A program made the translations under genes and the position numbers. The notes below the pieces were generated by a model. The model worked only from the letters and a program-made list of their open reading frames with translations. It had not been told where the DNA came from and did no database searches. DNA of 64,000 nt, from assembly GCA_964473825.1 (NCBI GenBank), contig CAYYQL010000002.1, positions 205,288 to 269,287 on the forward strand. Reading direction: 5' to 3'. This document shows, in pieces, positions 47,566 to 58,760 of this stretch. Every line of letters starts with the position of its first letter. The stretch's first letter is position 1. The DNA comes from an uncultured archaeon. GTDB taxonomy: Archaea; Asgardarchaeota; Thorarchaeia; Thorarchaeales; Thorarchaeaceae.

Positions 47566-48548
47566 AGAATGTCTTGCTCATCGGTTCTCCACTTGGGCAG
47601 CACAGAAGATTCTGCTATTGGAAGTCCTCCTCCGGCTTGATACTGGAGAATACCCGTCCAAGCTATCATTGCACCTTGGTCACCAGCAAGAGCAGGGGAC
47701 ACTCTGTGGAATTCTACTTCATGTCGATTGGCAACACCAGAGAGAATCTCTGCAAGCCTCTTGTTTCTGGCAACGCCACCTGTTAGAAGAAGCTCATTCT
47801 TCTTGGTATGCGCAAGTGCCCGTTCTGCTATCTCCGCTAGCATTCCAAAAGATGTTTCTTGGATGCTATAGCAAATGTCATCGATGTTCTCACCATCTTG
47901 GTAGAGTCTTCTAGCAGCTGTCAACATACCAGAGTAACTCAGATCCATACCCTTCACAGAATATGGTAACAAGTGATACTTATGGCCCAATTGGGCTTTC
48001 TTTTCGATATCCGGTCCTGCAGGAAACCCCATACCCGCCAATCGCCCAAAAGTGTCCAGCATATTTCCAATGGCTATATCCAGGGTTTCTCCAAAAGTAC
48101 GAAAGCGTGCTCCTGCATATGCAATTATCTGAGTGTTACCGCCCGATACATACACGGTGACAGGATCTTGAAATCCAGATTCCATGCAGCCAATCTCTAT
48201 GTGGGCAACACAATGGTTCACTCCTACCATTGGAACCGCGAGTTTTGCAGATAATGTTCGGGCTATTGTCGCTGTGGTTCTAAGGCATGGACCCAATCCC
48301 GGCCCTCTGGAAAAAGCGACAATGTCAATCTCTTCGTAACCAACCCCTGCTTGACTCATCGCTTTAGATACTATCTGGGGGCCGAACTCCGAATGGTGTC
48401 TACTTGCCTCTCGTGGGTGAATTCCTCCCTCTTTCGGAGAAAGCATGTCCCATATATTAGCAAGGACCCTGCCTGTGTCATCAACTACACCAGCTCCAAA
48501 CGAATGAGCAGTACCTTCCAGACCTAAGCATATCATTGAGCAGTTCAA
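47547..48548 (-). CDS. kae1: tRNA N6-threonylcarbamoyladenosine synthase Kae1
   Basis: LGLEGTAH; GPGLGPCL; VNHCVAHIE; VSGGNTQ; GETLDIAIGN. Confidence 0.95.
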   Translation of the reverse strand: MNCSMICLGLEGTAHSFGAGVVDDTGRVLANIWDMLSPKEGGIHPREASRHHSEFGPQIVSKAMSQAGVGYEEIDIVAFSRGPGLGPCLRTTATIARTLSAKLAVPMVGVNHCVAHIEIGCMESGFQDPVTVYVSGGNTQIIAYAGARFRTFGETLDIAIGNMLDTFGRLAGMGFPAGPDIEKKAQLGHKYHLLPYSVKGMDLSYSGMLTAARRLYQDGENIDDICYSIQETSFGMLAEIAERALAHTKKNELLLTGGVARNKRLAEILSGVANRHEVEFHRVSPALAGDQGAMIAWTGILQYQAGGGLPIAESSVLPKWRTDEQDILWRGTR

Positions 48549-48677
48549 CCCTGTCTGTTTCTCTCAGCTTCATCCAGAATCTGATTTTCAAGCTCAATTA
48601 CTCTTGTGTTTTGTACATTCTTAACAACAAAGGGTTTATAATCGCCTCACAGAGCCTCCACAACGAGGAAACCTAAC

Positions 48678-48908
48678 GTGTCCAGCGAGAAGATGCCAAT
48701 TAAAGCCCTGGAAGGCAATCTAAATGAAACCGTGTCTATCAAGCTTAAAGACCAGAGGATCTTCCGAGGAAAATTAACACGTTGTGACATGTACATGAAT
48801 CTAACACTTGCTGATGCAGAAGAAGTTGAAGAAGACACGACCGTTGCTAAGTACGGACAGATTCTAATCAGGGGAAACAATATTCTCTGGATTCAAGTTC
48901 CCGCGTGA
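48678..48908 (+). CDS. Sm-like archaeal protein (Lsm/SmAP)
   Basis: Sm1 GKLTRCDMYMNLTLADA; Sm2 ILIRGNNI. Confidence 0.92.
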   Translation: MSSEKMPIKALEGNLNETVSIKLKDQRIFRGKLTRCDMYMNLTLADAEEVEEDTTVAKYGQILIRGNNILWIQVPA

Positions 48909-48929
48909 ATATCCTCTCAAGACGCCATC

Positions 48930-50951
48930 TTACCTGTCTATCTCTCTTTGATATCGTTCGACTAGGCGAACTAGTTCTTCCTCTCCCATTTTTCGGGCCT
49001 TCTCACGAACTCTTTTGACAAATTCGTTGAATTTCTGTTCAAACCTCTTTCTGCTTATGAATGCAAATTCATCCACTCTCTGCAATTCGACTGAATTGCC
49101 ATCAATAACTGGAATCATTGCTTTGACGAGTTCTTCTTCAGCCAAATGTGAAAGGGGCGTATCTACTATCACAGCTCTTATTTCTTGCTCTATCAATATT
49201 CTAGCAGTTTGTGGTCCCCCGCCACTGGCATCCTCAAATAAGACGATATCTCCCCGTTTCAGTCCCACCTTTCGTGAGTAGCCCATGATACTCTCACGTG
49301 TGAAATGCGGCAAGGTCTTTATTGCAATCATATCTCCCCGCATTTCAAGCTTCTTGACGCCTTTTAGTCGCCGAAGTCGCTCCTCCAATTTCTTGTATTC
49401 GCTACGAAGATGCCGTACCTCACTCTGTGCCTTTCTGAGTTGAGTTTGTTTCTTTGCAACTTCTCTATCTCTCTTCACTTTCCAATAATTCTGTTTGTTC
49501 ACAATCTCGAGACTGTACGAGAGTTCATCTTCTTTGAATTGAAGATATTCTACAAGCCTTTCCAAGTCTTCTATTCTATCAGTCAGCAATTCGTTCTCTT
49601 CTTCCAAGCCCTCCACTTTCTCTCTAAGAGAATCATATCTCTCTTGAGTAAGAGGCTCTTCTTTCTTTTCCAGAGGAGCTGTAGGCATCTCAACAACTTC
49701 TGCTTGCTCTCTCACAAGGCCAGCTATTGCCTCATTCATCGGCATTCCCTTCAGAACCAGTGCTTTCAAGTGGTCGCGCTCAACCGAAATCTGCTCTTCC
49801 CGTATCTTGTGATCTATCTGTTCAAGCTTAGACAGGACACTCCTGTACGCATAGACTGCAGCTGTTAGAGCATCGCGTTCATGAGCATTTCCAATTTTCA
49901 CATTGTCCGAGTACTCTCTTGCTAGCTCTTGCTTATCAGCAACTGCAATGGGCTTGTTTGGCTCATAGATCTCTGCGTTGAGGGTACTTGCAATCTTCTT
50001 TACTTGATGCGGAACAGGCGTTGTGTCTGTGGCCACAACTATGGGTACCCCATGCTCATACACTTTCCTGATAATGTCTGCCCTAGTCAATGCTCTTTTG
50101 CTTTCAAGCAAATGCACCTTTCCTCTAAGGTTTAGAAGACATATGGCTGCAGTGGTGCCAGGGTCAACGCCGAGAATGAAGTAACGTGGAGATATCTTAC
50201 TAGGGACAGGTTTTGGTTCAAGTGGAACAAACTCGGTACGTTTTCTGATGGGTGAAACTATTACATTGAAGTCCCCGCCACGTTTTGGATCTATCATCCC
50301 TCTGATTATTGGCAAGGGAGCATAGGCAACAATCCTGGCACTGGAGTAGCCGAAATCTGAGTGACGCAGATGAATATCATACTCGATATCGGCCCTCTTT
50401 AGTTCAGACTCAACATGGCGAGTCATCTGCTGAATTTCTGAATGTATCTTTCGGCGATATCTGTTGGCGCTCTGCCCGCCTTTTCCCATCTTCCTGCCAC
50501 GGGTGACTTTGATCTCAGTCTGTTCGCTAAAACACTCTAGCGCGTAACCTACTCCCATACCAACCAACTTGGCAGCGATGCGAGCTGCTTCCAATGGTCG
50601 AAGCTTACCTCTAATGGGGATATTATGCTGTCTAGCCAGAGTCTTCAGTTTGACTTGCTTTGGGGGAACTCCTGTTACTTGTACAATCCTTGTCTCGTGA
50701 GGAATCCTCTTCACAAAGCGGAATACTGACTTCGCATCTGGAACTATCTCGAAGATGTTATCAGTGGCTATGTAGGTTGGTTCCAACTCACGTATCAGTC
50801 TAATCAGATTTCTACGAGATAGGCTGGAGTATTCATTTAGAACCACTCCATCTCGCATAACAACACATGCGTATTTCGAGCGTTTTCTGGAGCGAGAGCT
50901 ATGTAAGGGGAGAATATCAAATCCGATAACCAAATCGCTATCATCGCCCAT
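48930..50951 (-). CDS. DUF460 domain protein (RNase H-like + coiled coil)
   Basis: IATDNIFE; GGQSANRYRR; ILGVDPGTT; HERDALTAA; long coiled coil. Confidence 0.85.
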   Translation of the reverse strand: MGDDSDLVIGFDILPLHSSRSRKRSKYACVVMRDGVVLNEYSSLSRRNLIRLIRELEPTYIATDNIFEIVPDAKSVFRFVKRIPHETRIVQVTGVPPKQVKLKTLARQHNIPIRGKLRPLEAARIAAKLVGMGVGYALECFSEQTEIKVTRGRKMGKGGQSANRYRRKIHSEIQQMTRHVESELKRADIEYDIHLRHSDFGYSSARIVAYAPLPIIRGMIDPKRGGDFNVIVSPIRKRTEFVPLEPKPVPSKISPRYFILGVDPGTTAAICLLNLRGKVHLLESKRALTRADIIRKVYEHGVPIVVATDTTPVPHQVKKIASTLNAEIYEPNKPIAVADKQELAREYSDNVKIGNAHERDALTAAVYAYRSVLSKLEQIDHKIREEQISVERDHLKALVLKGMPMNEAIAGLVREQAEVVEMPTAPLEKKEEPLTQERYDSLREKVEGLEEENELLTDRIEDLERLVEYLQFKEDELSYSLEIVNKQNYWKVKRDREVAKKQTQLRKAQSEVRHLRSEYKKLEERLRRLKGVKKLEMRGDMIAIKTLPHFTRESIMGYSRKVGLKRGDIVLFEDASGGGPQTARILIEQEIRAVIVDTPLSHLAEEELVKAMIPVIDGNSVELQRVDEFAFISRKRFEQKFNEFVKRVREKARKMGEEELVRLVERYQREIDR

Positions 50952-51092
50952 GTGGCTCCGAACTCACCCAAAAAACACCAAGTTCACCTATAAGCATTAA
51001 CATGAGGCCATCGAAAAACACTAGACTGGTTCATACATAAACAGCAAGTATATTAAACCCTTAATTGAGCAACACAAGGCAACCCATACGAG

Positions 51093-51383
51093 GTGTTACA
51101 ACTGTCAGAAACGCTACAACTCAACGAAGATGAAAAGATTTTACGCATCGGCCGCGCACTCTCGTCAGGCACAAGGCTGAAGATTCTTAAACTCCTCCTC
51201 AAGGGAGAGAAAGATGTGACAAGAGTTGCACGACATCTTGGCGGAACAGAAGCAAATGCCAGTGCTCAGATTAAGATTCTTCAGGAAGCTAATCTTCTGG
51301 AATGCAGATATGAACCAGGTCAACATGGGCTGAAGAAGATCTCGCGGACCAAGGTAAAGCGAATAATCATTGACTTAGAATAG
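51093..51383 (+). CDS. ArsR-family HTH regulator
   Basis: RALSSGTRLKILKLL...ANASAQIKILQEANLL. Confidence 0.8.
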   Translation: MLQLSETLQLNEDEKILRIGRALSSGTRLKILKLLLKGEKDVTRVARHLGGTEANASAQIKILQEANLLECRYEPGQHGLKKISRTKVKRIIIDLE

Positions 51384-51415
51384 CATGAATCTTTCACACC
51401 ATAAAGGGGACTTGC

Positions 51416-52012
51416 TCACCTTCGAGATAGATAGAGATTCCATCTATCTATCCTTCGAAGAATATTCTCGCTCTCTTCAGGGCGAATTCCGCGGTTTCCA
51501 CGGGCCTTCAGGAATTTCAGAACAATATCCATATCGTTCTCCACCTTGGGGCTATCAGGTGTTACCAGAGATTTCTTGGTCGCTTCTAGCATGATAGCTA
51601 TCTGCTCTGCAGAAGAACCCCCTTCTCGAATTGCATGTGCAATCGAGTCCAGTTTGGTCACAGCACTTGCTGAAACAGACGGTTCAGTGCTATTTTCCTC
51701 TACATTGCTTTCTGATTTCTCGACATCACTGATACCAGAGTCCCCTTCAGAACGAATAGGTGAGGCTCCCAGTCCAGATTCAGTCTTCGTTTCTTCTGAT
51801 GAATCTACTCTCTTCATCTTTTCACTTGAAACTCTTGAGAAGAGGCCTCTGGTAACGGGTGCCGAGTCAGAAGGTAAATCCACCGAGGCCAAATCAAGAA
51901 GTCTACGTAGTTGAGACAACTGGTCAAACAGCTCCACCAGACCGACTTGTAAGTGGTCTATGACCTTCCTGATTTCCTCATTTCTCCTAGTCGACATACT
52001 TACGACCTCCAC
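51416..52012 (-). CDS. Hypothetical protein (coiled coil, acidic/Ser-rich linker, helical C-domain)
   Basis: ORF fills the gap, co-oriented with herA; no recognised motif. Confidence 0.55.
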   Translation of the reverse strand: MEVVSMSTRRNEEIRKVIDHLQVGLVELFDQLSQLRRLLDLASVDLPSDSAPVTRGLFSRVSSEKMKRVDSSEETKTESGLGASPIRSEGDSGISDVEKSESNVEENSTEPSVSASAVTKLDSIAHAIREGGSSAEQIAIMLEATKKSLVTPDSPKVENDMDIVLKFLKARGNRGIRPEESENILRRIDRWNLYLSRR

Positions 52013-52078
52013 GTCAGTGATGGTTCGACAAATGGAAGAAACATCTTGGGTTTTTGACTCTTATTCATGACTCCCCCT

Positions 52079-53590
52079 TTACCTATCTGATTTCCTAATC
52101 GCTTCGCTTAGACTCGAAGGACCATCTCTTGGTTCATATAGACGCTTTCGAATCTTCACAAAGGTTGGGACTGAAACGACCTCTCCGACAAAAAGAGCCT
52201 CGCCCACCTCAAGCGAAGTTATAGCATCGAGAGATGCACGGTCTATTCCTTCACTACTTCTACCAATGTGTTCAAGATCATACGGATTCGTAGTGCGGAA
52301 AATTGCCTGATTGCTACATTGACTCAATACCGTGGTAGATAGTTTGACAGGTCTCTGAGACACCAAGCAGAGAAGAGCGAAGAATTTCCGTCCCTCTCTT
52401 GCAATCGTTTCTATCTGATACTTCGGAAGTGCTAGCTCATGTCTACTCTCTGGACAGAATTGATGGGCCTCTTCAAGCACCAAGAGAAAGGGTGGAATTC
52501 TTTCATTACGTCGCAAATAGAGCAACTGATTTGTCAGGTACGATACTATGATTTGTTTCTTCTTCAAAGAAACGAAGTCGCTCAGGTCTATCAGAGTGAT
52601 TTTTCCTGGTCGGACTATACTTCGAACATCGGGAACCGGCTCCTTACCAAAGATTTTCGTTTCATCTAAGTCAATAAGCCAGCCAATGAGCGCCTCCTTG
52701 GTATTCTTATGAATATTCTCGTCTTTCCTTACATATTCTATTACGTCATCCAATGTGTAGTTCCAGTCTGAATCTCGTTTCATCTCAGAAATCACTCTTC
52801 GAAGGTCACGAACCTGCGCAGAACTCATATTCGAAACCATGGACCGTAGCCCCTCTGCACCGATTGTCTTTGCAGGTATCTGGAACTGTACTCCTCTGAT
52901 GTAATCGACCTCAAAACCAGTCTCGCCCACACCCAAGTCCTTCCCTTCCATAGATTTGAAGTATGAGTATTCTCCATGAACGTCTATCACAACTACACCT
53001 AATCTTCCGTGTTTCTTGCTTCTCCTCAATATCTCTTCTAGTAGAACAGAAACAAAGTAGGATTTTCCGGCCCCACTCATGGCCAATATTGCAAGATGCT
53101 TTGATAGGAGTCTGTCAATATTAGGCATGAAATCAGCCTGATGGTGACCCAACCGTCCAAGATACAAACCGTTCTCCTGATCCAGCTTGAGAAATGCTGA
53201 TAGAATGTCTTCATCTGCCTGTCTCACCACAGATCCGGGGGAAACCGCAAAGTACGGTCTTAAGGTCCTGTTCTTGCTCCAAAGGCCTGTGACACGTGCA
53301 TGAGCGATGGTATACTGCCATCTATCAGTGGGAAATATAGACCTGAGAGGCTCTCCTCTAGACTGATACTCTCTCACTGCTTCAGCATGCCGATAATATC
53401 GATTAGTTCTGACTAGACCTTGCACCTTTGCAATGATCAAGCCTGCCTGTGTGGCTATGTTTACAAATTCGCCCCTGCGCACAACTATCTTTTCCGAATC
53501 CCCTTCAACCACGAAACTGAACTCCATAACATTTGGCGAAGAGTCTATGCACACAACTGTTCCTAACCTGCTAAGTGTGGTTTCTGTCAT
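52079..53590 (-). CDS. herA: HerA helicase/ATPase
   Basis: N-terminal HAS barrel; HLAILAMSGAGKS; IDVHGEY; LEEAH; IAREGRKF; SQRP. Confidence 0.9.
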   Translation of the reverse strand: MTETTLSRLGTVVCIDSSPNVMEFSFVVEGDSEKIVVRRGEFVNIATQAGLIIAKVQGLVRTNRYYRHAEAVREYQSRGEPLRSIFPTDRWQYTIAHARVTGLWSKNRTLRPYFAVSPGSVVRQADEDILSAFLKLDQENGLYLGRLGHHQADFMPNIDRLLSKHLAILAMSGAGKSYFVSVLLEEILRRSKKHGRLGVVVIDVHGEYSYFKSMEGKDLGVGETGFEVDYIRGVQFQIPAKTIGAEGLRSMVSNMSSAQVRDLRRVISEMKRDSDWNYTLDDVIEYVRKDENIHKNTKEALIGWLIDLDETKIFGKEPVPDVRSIVRPGKITLIDLSDFVSLKKKQIIVSYLTNQLLYLRRNERIPPFLLVLEEAHQFCPESRHELALPKYQIETIAREGRKFFALLCLVSQRPVKLSTTVLSQCSNQAIFRTTNPYDLEHIGRSSEGIDRASLDAITSLEVGEALFVGEVVSVPTFVKIRKRLYEPRDGPSSLSEAIRKSDR

Positions 53591-53597
53591 CTATTTT

Positions 53598-54752
53598 CTA
53601 ACCCCCAAAGGGATTCCGTGATCTCCGCTTCTCGAGCGAGCTATAAGTTAGTCCAGATAGTGCCATCAGTCTATCCACAATAAGACTGGTTTCATTGTGG
53701 GTTATCCTAGCTCTTGCATCAGCTTCCAAGATGGGGGTTGGAATACCGTATTCGGGATGCTGCCATGAAAGAGGCAATATTGCTGAGAGGGCCTTATCAA
53801 GCTGTTTTGTATCGAACGTTCTATCCCCCAGTAGTTCGACCCTGATGGGAAAATCTTCCTTGGCCGTCTTCAGATAGGTGACCCAAATCGATGAGGCCCA
53901 AGAGTAGAGTTCCTCCAAGGCATCTGTATTCTGTGCAAGCTCTGCTGAATATCTGAATGCAAAGGTTCTCTCTCCCTCTTCTAAAAATGTGTCAAGCAAA
54001 TCACAATCGCGAGAAATCTTCAACAACCAACGATAATCAATTCCCTGCATCATCTCAAACAGGTCTGGTTCCCGCAAGACATGTGGAAGAATATCACCCA
54101 ACATACTCACGACTCTTGATGAGCGACTGTCCTTTATTATGCCCACCACCAGAGTCTTCTTCTTGCTGGCCTTGTTATACAACTGCTTGTACAACGCAAC
54201 GACTTCTTCGAACTTCTCATACACTATGGAAGCATTCTGTGGGCGGTCCCGTGGATGAAAGAACAGACTGCCATCAATCAATATCAATTCTGCTTCATGT
54301 TTATCAATAACATTCAGTGCAACTCGCAGCTCTGTTGCCAGTCTCTCCAAAGATGCAAACTGGTCTAGCTCAGGTCCTGAGAACCGTTGAGTGAGGGGAA
54401 TTATCTGGGGTTCAGGAAATGCATCCGGAAAGAAATCCACTTCAAGAGCACCCCTTGTCCCAAATCGAAAGACTACTGCAACCCCTCGGGTGAGCAGAAG
54501 ATCCATCGATCGGAAGCCCCTCCTGACCAAACCCCCATCAATGCCCACAATCTTCAGACCGTCAAGTCTTACAGGTTCGATCTTCTTGACTAGCGCAGGC
54601 TCTAATGCATTCCTGGAAACGGCCGGAAATCTGCCCAAATCAATCGAATTTTTCAACTTGGCCATGACTGCCCCGAATCGTCTTCTAGTCCCCTCAACTC
54701 GTTCAATCTCTTCTACTAGTTGAGATAACATTCGGTCAAGGTCCCGATTCAA
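53598..54752 (-). CDS. nurA: NurA 5'-3' nuclease
   Basis: IVGIDGG; ILIDGSL; VGIIKDS; YGIPTPILEADARA; adjacent to herA. Confidence 0.88.
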   Translation of the reverse strand: MNRDLDRMLSQLVEEIERVEGTRRRFGAVMAKLKNSIDLGRFPAVSRNALEPALVKKIEPVRLDGLKIVGIDGGLVRRGFRSMDLLLTRGVAVVFRFGTRGALEVDFFPDAFPEPQIIPLTQRFSGPELDQFASLERLATELRVALNVIDKHEAELILIDGSLFFHPRDRPQNASIVYEKFEEVVALYKQLYNKASKKKTLVVGIIKDSRSSRVVSMLGDILPHVLREPDLFEMMQGIDYRWLLKISRDCDLLDTFLEEGERTFAFRYSAELAQNTDALEELYSWASSIWVTYLKTAKEDFPIRVELLGDRTFDTKQLDKALSAILPLSWQHPEYGIPTPILEADARARITHNETSLIVDRLMALSGLTYSSLEKRRSRNPFGG

Positions 54753-56430
54753 GCGGATTCCCTCTTCTTGTCTTGTATTCCAATGCAGCCCTAATTAGCC
54801 CCAAGTATAGGGGGTGCGCTCTATCGGGCCTCGACTTGAACTCTGGATGAAACTGTACTCCAATCCAGAAGGGATGGTCCTCGATCTCAATTGCATTGAT
54901 TATTGTCCCGGTCATATCAAAAGCCGAGATGACCATGGACTTGCGTTCCATCTTGCTGATATAACGTTCAATCAGATGGTATCTATGCCTGAATCTCTCT
55001 CTCACAACAGCTTCATCGTATAATCTGCTTAGGTGGGTTCCCTTCACAATTTGGACTTCGTGGCCTCCAAGACGCATTGTCCCGCCCTTATCTTCGGTGA
55101 CTTTCTGTTCGTCCATCAAGTCAACAACAGGATAGAGACTGTCTTCATCGACTTCGGTTGTATTTGCCCCTTTCCATCCCATGATATTCCTCGCAAATGC
55201 CACCGCTCCTAATTGTGCACCATAACATATTCCGAGGAACGGGATCTTTCTCTTTATGGCAACCGCCGCTGCGCTTATCATTCCCTCTACGCCTCGATCT
55301 CCAAATCCAGGCGTAAGCAATACCCCATCGACATCGCTTAAATCTTCAGTGAGGCACTCCTCGTCGCATCTAGATTCAGTTTCAATCCATTTGATGTTGA
55401 CCCTACATCCACATACTGCACCGGCATGGGCCAAAGCCTCATTGATACTCTTGTAAGAGTCACCGAGCATTGTATATTTGCCTGGCATAGCAATCCTGAC
55501 ATCTTCTGACATCTTTTGGAATGAATCAACGATTTTCTCCCACTCTTCTGTCTGTGGTGCCCTCGTTTCCAATCCCAGATGTCTTACGAGAATGCCTCCT
55601 AGGTCTTGTTTCTCAAAAGACAGTGGCAATTGATAGATCACTTGGATGTCTGGATTTGAAATGACACACTCCTCGGGAACATTACAGAACAATGCTATCT
55701 TTGCTTCTGCAGCCTCTGGCAACTCTTCTTCAGCCCTACAAATAACGACATCTGGCTGGAGTCCTAAACTTTGCAGTTCTCGAACACTGTGTTGGGTCGG
55801 TTTTGTTTTGAATTCGCCCACAGAACTCAGGAACGGTACAAGTGTTACATGGACCAGTGCAACTCTTTCGCGTCCGATTTCTCTTATCAGCTGACGCACC
55901 GCTTCCAGAAATGGCATAGCTTCCATGTCACCCACCGTTCCTCCGATCTCGACAAGCAGCACGTCCGGGACCGAGTCTTTCGCTATGTTTTCCCATATCC
56001 GTTTCTTGATTTGGTCAGTCACATGCGGTATTATCTGGACAGTTCTCCCCAGAAAGTCTCCCTTTCTCTCTCCAAGAATCACTGAGGTATAAATCTGTCC
56101 TGAGGTGATATTCTGAGAGGGATGTGCATTCATTCCCGTAAATCGCTCATATGTTCCGAAATCCAGATCTATTTCTGAGATATTGAACTGAAAATCATCA
56201 ACTGGCTTAAATGTCCATGTCTGATCAGTAACAAAGACCTCTCCATGTTCTATAGGGTTGAGAGTCCCGGGGTCGATATTGAGGTAGGGGTCAACCTTGA
56301 CAATTCTTACAGAATAGCCTCTGAACTGGAATAATTTGGCAATAGAGGCCGTGGTGACGCCCTTACCAATGCCAGACAGAACCCCTCCAGTCACAAACAC
56401 AAGCTTGGTTTTGTTTAGACTTGAACTCAC
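54736..56430 (-). CDS. pyrG: CTP synthase (start taken at GTG 56430)
   Basis: FVTGGVLSGIGKG; DPYLNIDPGT; KTKPTQHSV; GICYG; RFRHRY; QFHPE. Confidence 0.96.
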   Translation of the reverse strand: MSSSLNKTKLVFVTGGVLSGIGKGVTTASIAKLFQFRGYSVRIVKVDPYLNIDPGTLNPIEHGEVFVTDQTWTFKPVDDFQFNISEIDLDFGTYERFTGMNAHPSQNITSGQIYTSVILGERKGDFLGRTVQIIPHVTDQIKKRIWENIAKDSVPDVLLVEIGGTVGDMEAMPFLEAVRQLIREIGRERVALVHVTLVPFLSSVGEFKTKPTQHSVRELQSLGLQPDVVICRAEEELPEAAEAKIALFCNVPEECVISNPDIQVIYQLPLSFEKQDLGGILVRHLGLETRAPQTEEWEKIVDSFQKMSEDVRIAMPGKYTMLGDSYKSINEALAHAGAVCGCRVNIKWIETESRCDEECLTEDLSDVDGVLLTPGFGDRGVEGMISAAAVAIKRKIPFLGICYGAQLGAVAFARNIMGWKGANTTEVDEDSLYPVVDLMDEQKVTEDKGGTMRLGGHEVQIVKGTHLSRLYDEAVVRERFRHRYHLIERYISKMERKSMVISAFDMTGTIINAIEIEDHPFWIGVQFHPEFKSRPDRAHPLYLGLIRAALEYKTRRGNPLESGP

Positions 56431-56720
56431 ATAATCTACCTCGCTGATTTCGCCTAACGGGACAAGAAGCACAATCCTTGGCGTGAACCTGTGACCGAGT
56501 CGTATAAGTCATTCGCTATTTCTGTTGGTCCGAGTGCTGGTTTCGAATGAAATTATAGTCGCCTCGACTTCTTGGAACGGTCGTCGATGTCCTCTATGCT
56601 CTGGCTTCCACACTTCTAATTACACCACAAGAGCCCGAAGATGCGTCCCTGTCTAATCGACCCACATGAATCGAGTACTCTGTAGTGAAGATTGACCACA
56701 GCCTGTAATCTATCCAGGAG

Positions 56721-56759
56721 AAAAAAGGAGAGAATGAGAGGATCCGGCAAGGCCCTCTC
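56721..56759 (-). terminator. Hairpin + T-tract terminator after acs
   Basis: GAGAGG/CCTCTC stem followed by a T6 tract on the minus strand just after the acs stop. Confidence 0.5.
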
Positions 56760-56768
56760 GAATAGGAT

Positions 56769-58760
56769 TTACTCTATCCTTCCCTTGACTAGCGTTTCTA
56801 CAACTGTTGGATCGGCCAATGTTGTAGTATCGCCAAGGTCATCGACTTCGCCTGCGGCAATCTTCTTCAGAATCCTGCGCATGATTTTCCCAGAGCGAGT
56901 CTTTGGCAGTGCGTCGGCAAACTGAATCTTCGCAGGAGTTGCAATGGGACCAATTTCCTTTCGCACGTGCTGTTTGAGTTCCTTCTTCAGGTCTTCGCTC
57001 TTATCAACACCCGCCTTGAGTGTGATGTATGCGTATATGTCCTCACCCTTAATCTCGTGGGGAAATCCAACAACTGCTGTTTCTGCAACAGATGGGTGCG
57101 AAACAAGCGCGGATTCAATCTCTGCAGTTCCAAGTCTGTGACCTGACACCTTGAGTACATCATCGATGCGTCCCATCACAAAGTAGTACCCGTCATCATT
57201 GAAGCGTGAACCGTCGCCGGTCATGTACATAGGCTGTCCTGTTTCGGGGTCCTTGTACTGTGACCAGTATGTGTCAATGAATCGCTGATGGTCGCCATAT
57301 ACAGTTCGCATGAGACCCGGCCAGGGCTTCTTGATGCACAGATAGCCCCCTTCGTTCGGGCCCACAGGCTTGCCCGTTTCATCAACGATTATTGGGTCGA
57401 TGCCGAAGTATGGGAATGTGGCACTACCTGGTATGAGGTCGTCAGCACCAGGCAATGGCGTGATTATCACACCACCAGTCTCGGTCTGCCAGTATGTGTC
57501 AACTATTGGGCACTTCTCCTTCCCAACCACTTTGTAATACCAGAGCCATGCTTCAGGGTTAATCGGCTCGCCAACGGTACCTAGGAGATCCAGCGTTGAG
57601 AGGTCATGTTTCTCGACCGGTTCGTCACCATAACGCATGAGCGCACGAATAGCTGTTGGGGCGGTGTAGAACTGATTGACTTTCCATCGTTCCACTTCAT
57701 GCCAGAATCTATCAGGCTCAGGCCAAATGGCGCCCTCATACATCATGGACGTCGAACCTGCACTCAGTGGACCATAGACGATATATGAGTGTCCTGTAAT
57801 CCAGCCGATATCGGCAGTACACCAATAGATGTCGCCTTCGTGCCAGTCGAAGATGTTCAGAAATGTATGAGTTGTATAGACCATATAGCCGCCAAGTGTG
57901 TGAAGGACGCCTTTTGGTTTGCCAGTAGATCCGGAAGTGTATAGAATGAATAGAGGATCTTCAGCATTCAACCATTCTGCATCACACTTGTCATCGACCT
58001 TCTCGTATTCATCATGATACCAGACGTCACGTCCCTCAGTCCATGGCGTATCTTTGCGGTCAATTCTGTTAACCACAAGGACCTTCTCCACTATTGGGGC
58101 CTCTTCTACTGCTCTATCTGCATTCTCTTTCTGATTGATTGTCTTGCCACTACGGTAGTATCCGTCAGATGTGACAAGCACCTTGCCCTCGCAGTCGAGA
58201 ATCCGGTCTTTCAATGAATCAGAGCTGAAACCGCCAAAGACAATGCTATGAACGGCACCAATTCTAACACATGCAAGCATGATGATGGTCAGCTCAGGAA
58301 TCATGGGCAGATATATTGTTACCCTGTCGCCCTTTTTCACGCCCAGATTTTTCAAGATGTTAGCAGCCTTATTGACCTCGCTAAGCAGCTCTTTGTAGGT
58401 ATATGTCTTTGAATCATCGAGAGGTTCACCCTGCCAAATGAGGGCCACCTGATCCCCTTTTCCCGCTTCTACATGTTTGTCAAGGCAATTGTAGGCGAGA
58501 TTAGTTACTCCATCCTCGAACCAGGTGAATCGAGCCTTCTCGGGATCCTTCCAGTCGAACCCCTTTGTAGGTTCTTTCTTCCAATAGCACAAGTCTTTTG
58601 CAATTTCCAGCCAGAAATCGTCGGTATTCTCTATAGATTCCTTCCACAGCTTCATCCTTTCTTCATGGCTCTTTATGTAAGCCTTGTCAACGAAGCTCTT
58701 GGGGGGAGAGAACCTTCTCTCTTCGTGGCTTGTTACTGTGATTTTCTTTTCGTCACTCAA
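56769..58760 (-). CDS. acs: Acetyl-CoA synthetase (AMP-forming)
   Basis: [11 protein letters not shown]; VGEPINP; [10 protein letters not shown]; [11 protein letters not shown]; [12 protein letters not shown]. Confidence 0.96.
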   Translation of the reverse strand: MSDEKKITVTSHEERRFSPPKSFVDKAYIKSHEERMKLWKESIENTDDFWLEIAKDLCYWKKEPTKGFDWKDPEKARFTWFEDGVTNLAYNCLDKHVEAGKGDQVALIWQGEPLDDSKTYTYKELLSEVNKAANILKNLGVKKGDRVTIYLPMIPELTIIMLACVRIGAVHSIVFGGFSSDSLKDRILDCEGKVLVTSDGYYRSGKTINQKENADRAVEEAPIVEKVLVVNRIDRKDTPWTEGRDVWYHDEYEKVDDKCDAEWLNAEDPLFILYTSGSTGKPKGVLHTLGGYMVYTTHTFLNIFDWHEGDIYWCTADIGWITGHSYIVYGPLSAGSTSMMYEGAIWPEPDRFWHEVERWKVNQFYTAPTAIRALMRYGDEPVEKHDLSTLDLLGTVGEPINPEAWLWYYKVVGKEKCPIVDTYWQTETGGVIITPLPGADDLIPGSATFPYFGIDPIIVDETGKPVGPNEGGYLCIKKPWPGLMRTVYGDHQRFIDTYWSQYKDPETGQPMYMTGDGSRFNDDGYYFVMGRIDDVLKVSGHRLGTAEIESALVSHPSVAETAVVGFPHEIKGEDIYAYITLKAGVDKSEDLKKELKQHVRKEIGPIATPAKIQFADALPKTRSGKIMRRILKKIAAGEVDDLGDTTTLADPTVVETLVKGRIE

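Noticed and set aside
47424-48254. Several plus-strand ORFs (up to 161 aa) antisense to bud32/kae1, and similar shadow ORFs across the window
   Set aside because: Shadow frames of well-supported genes
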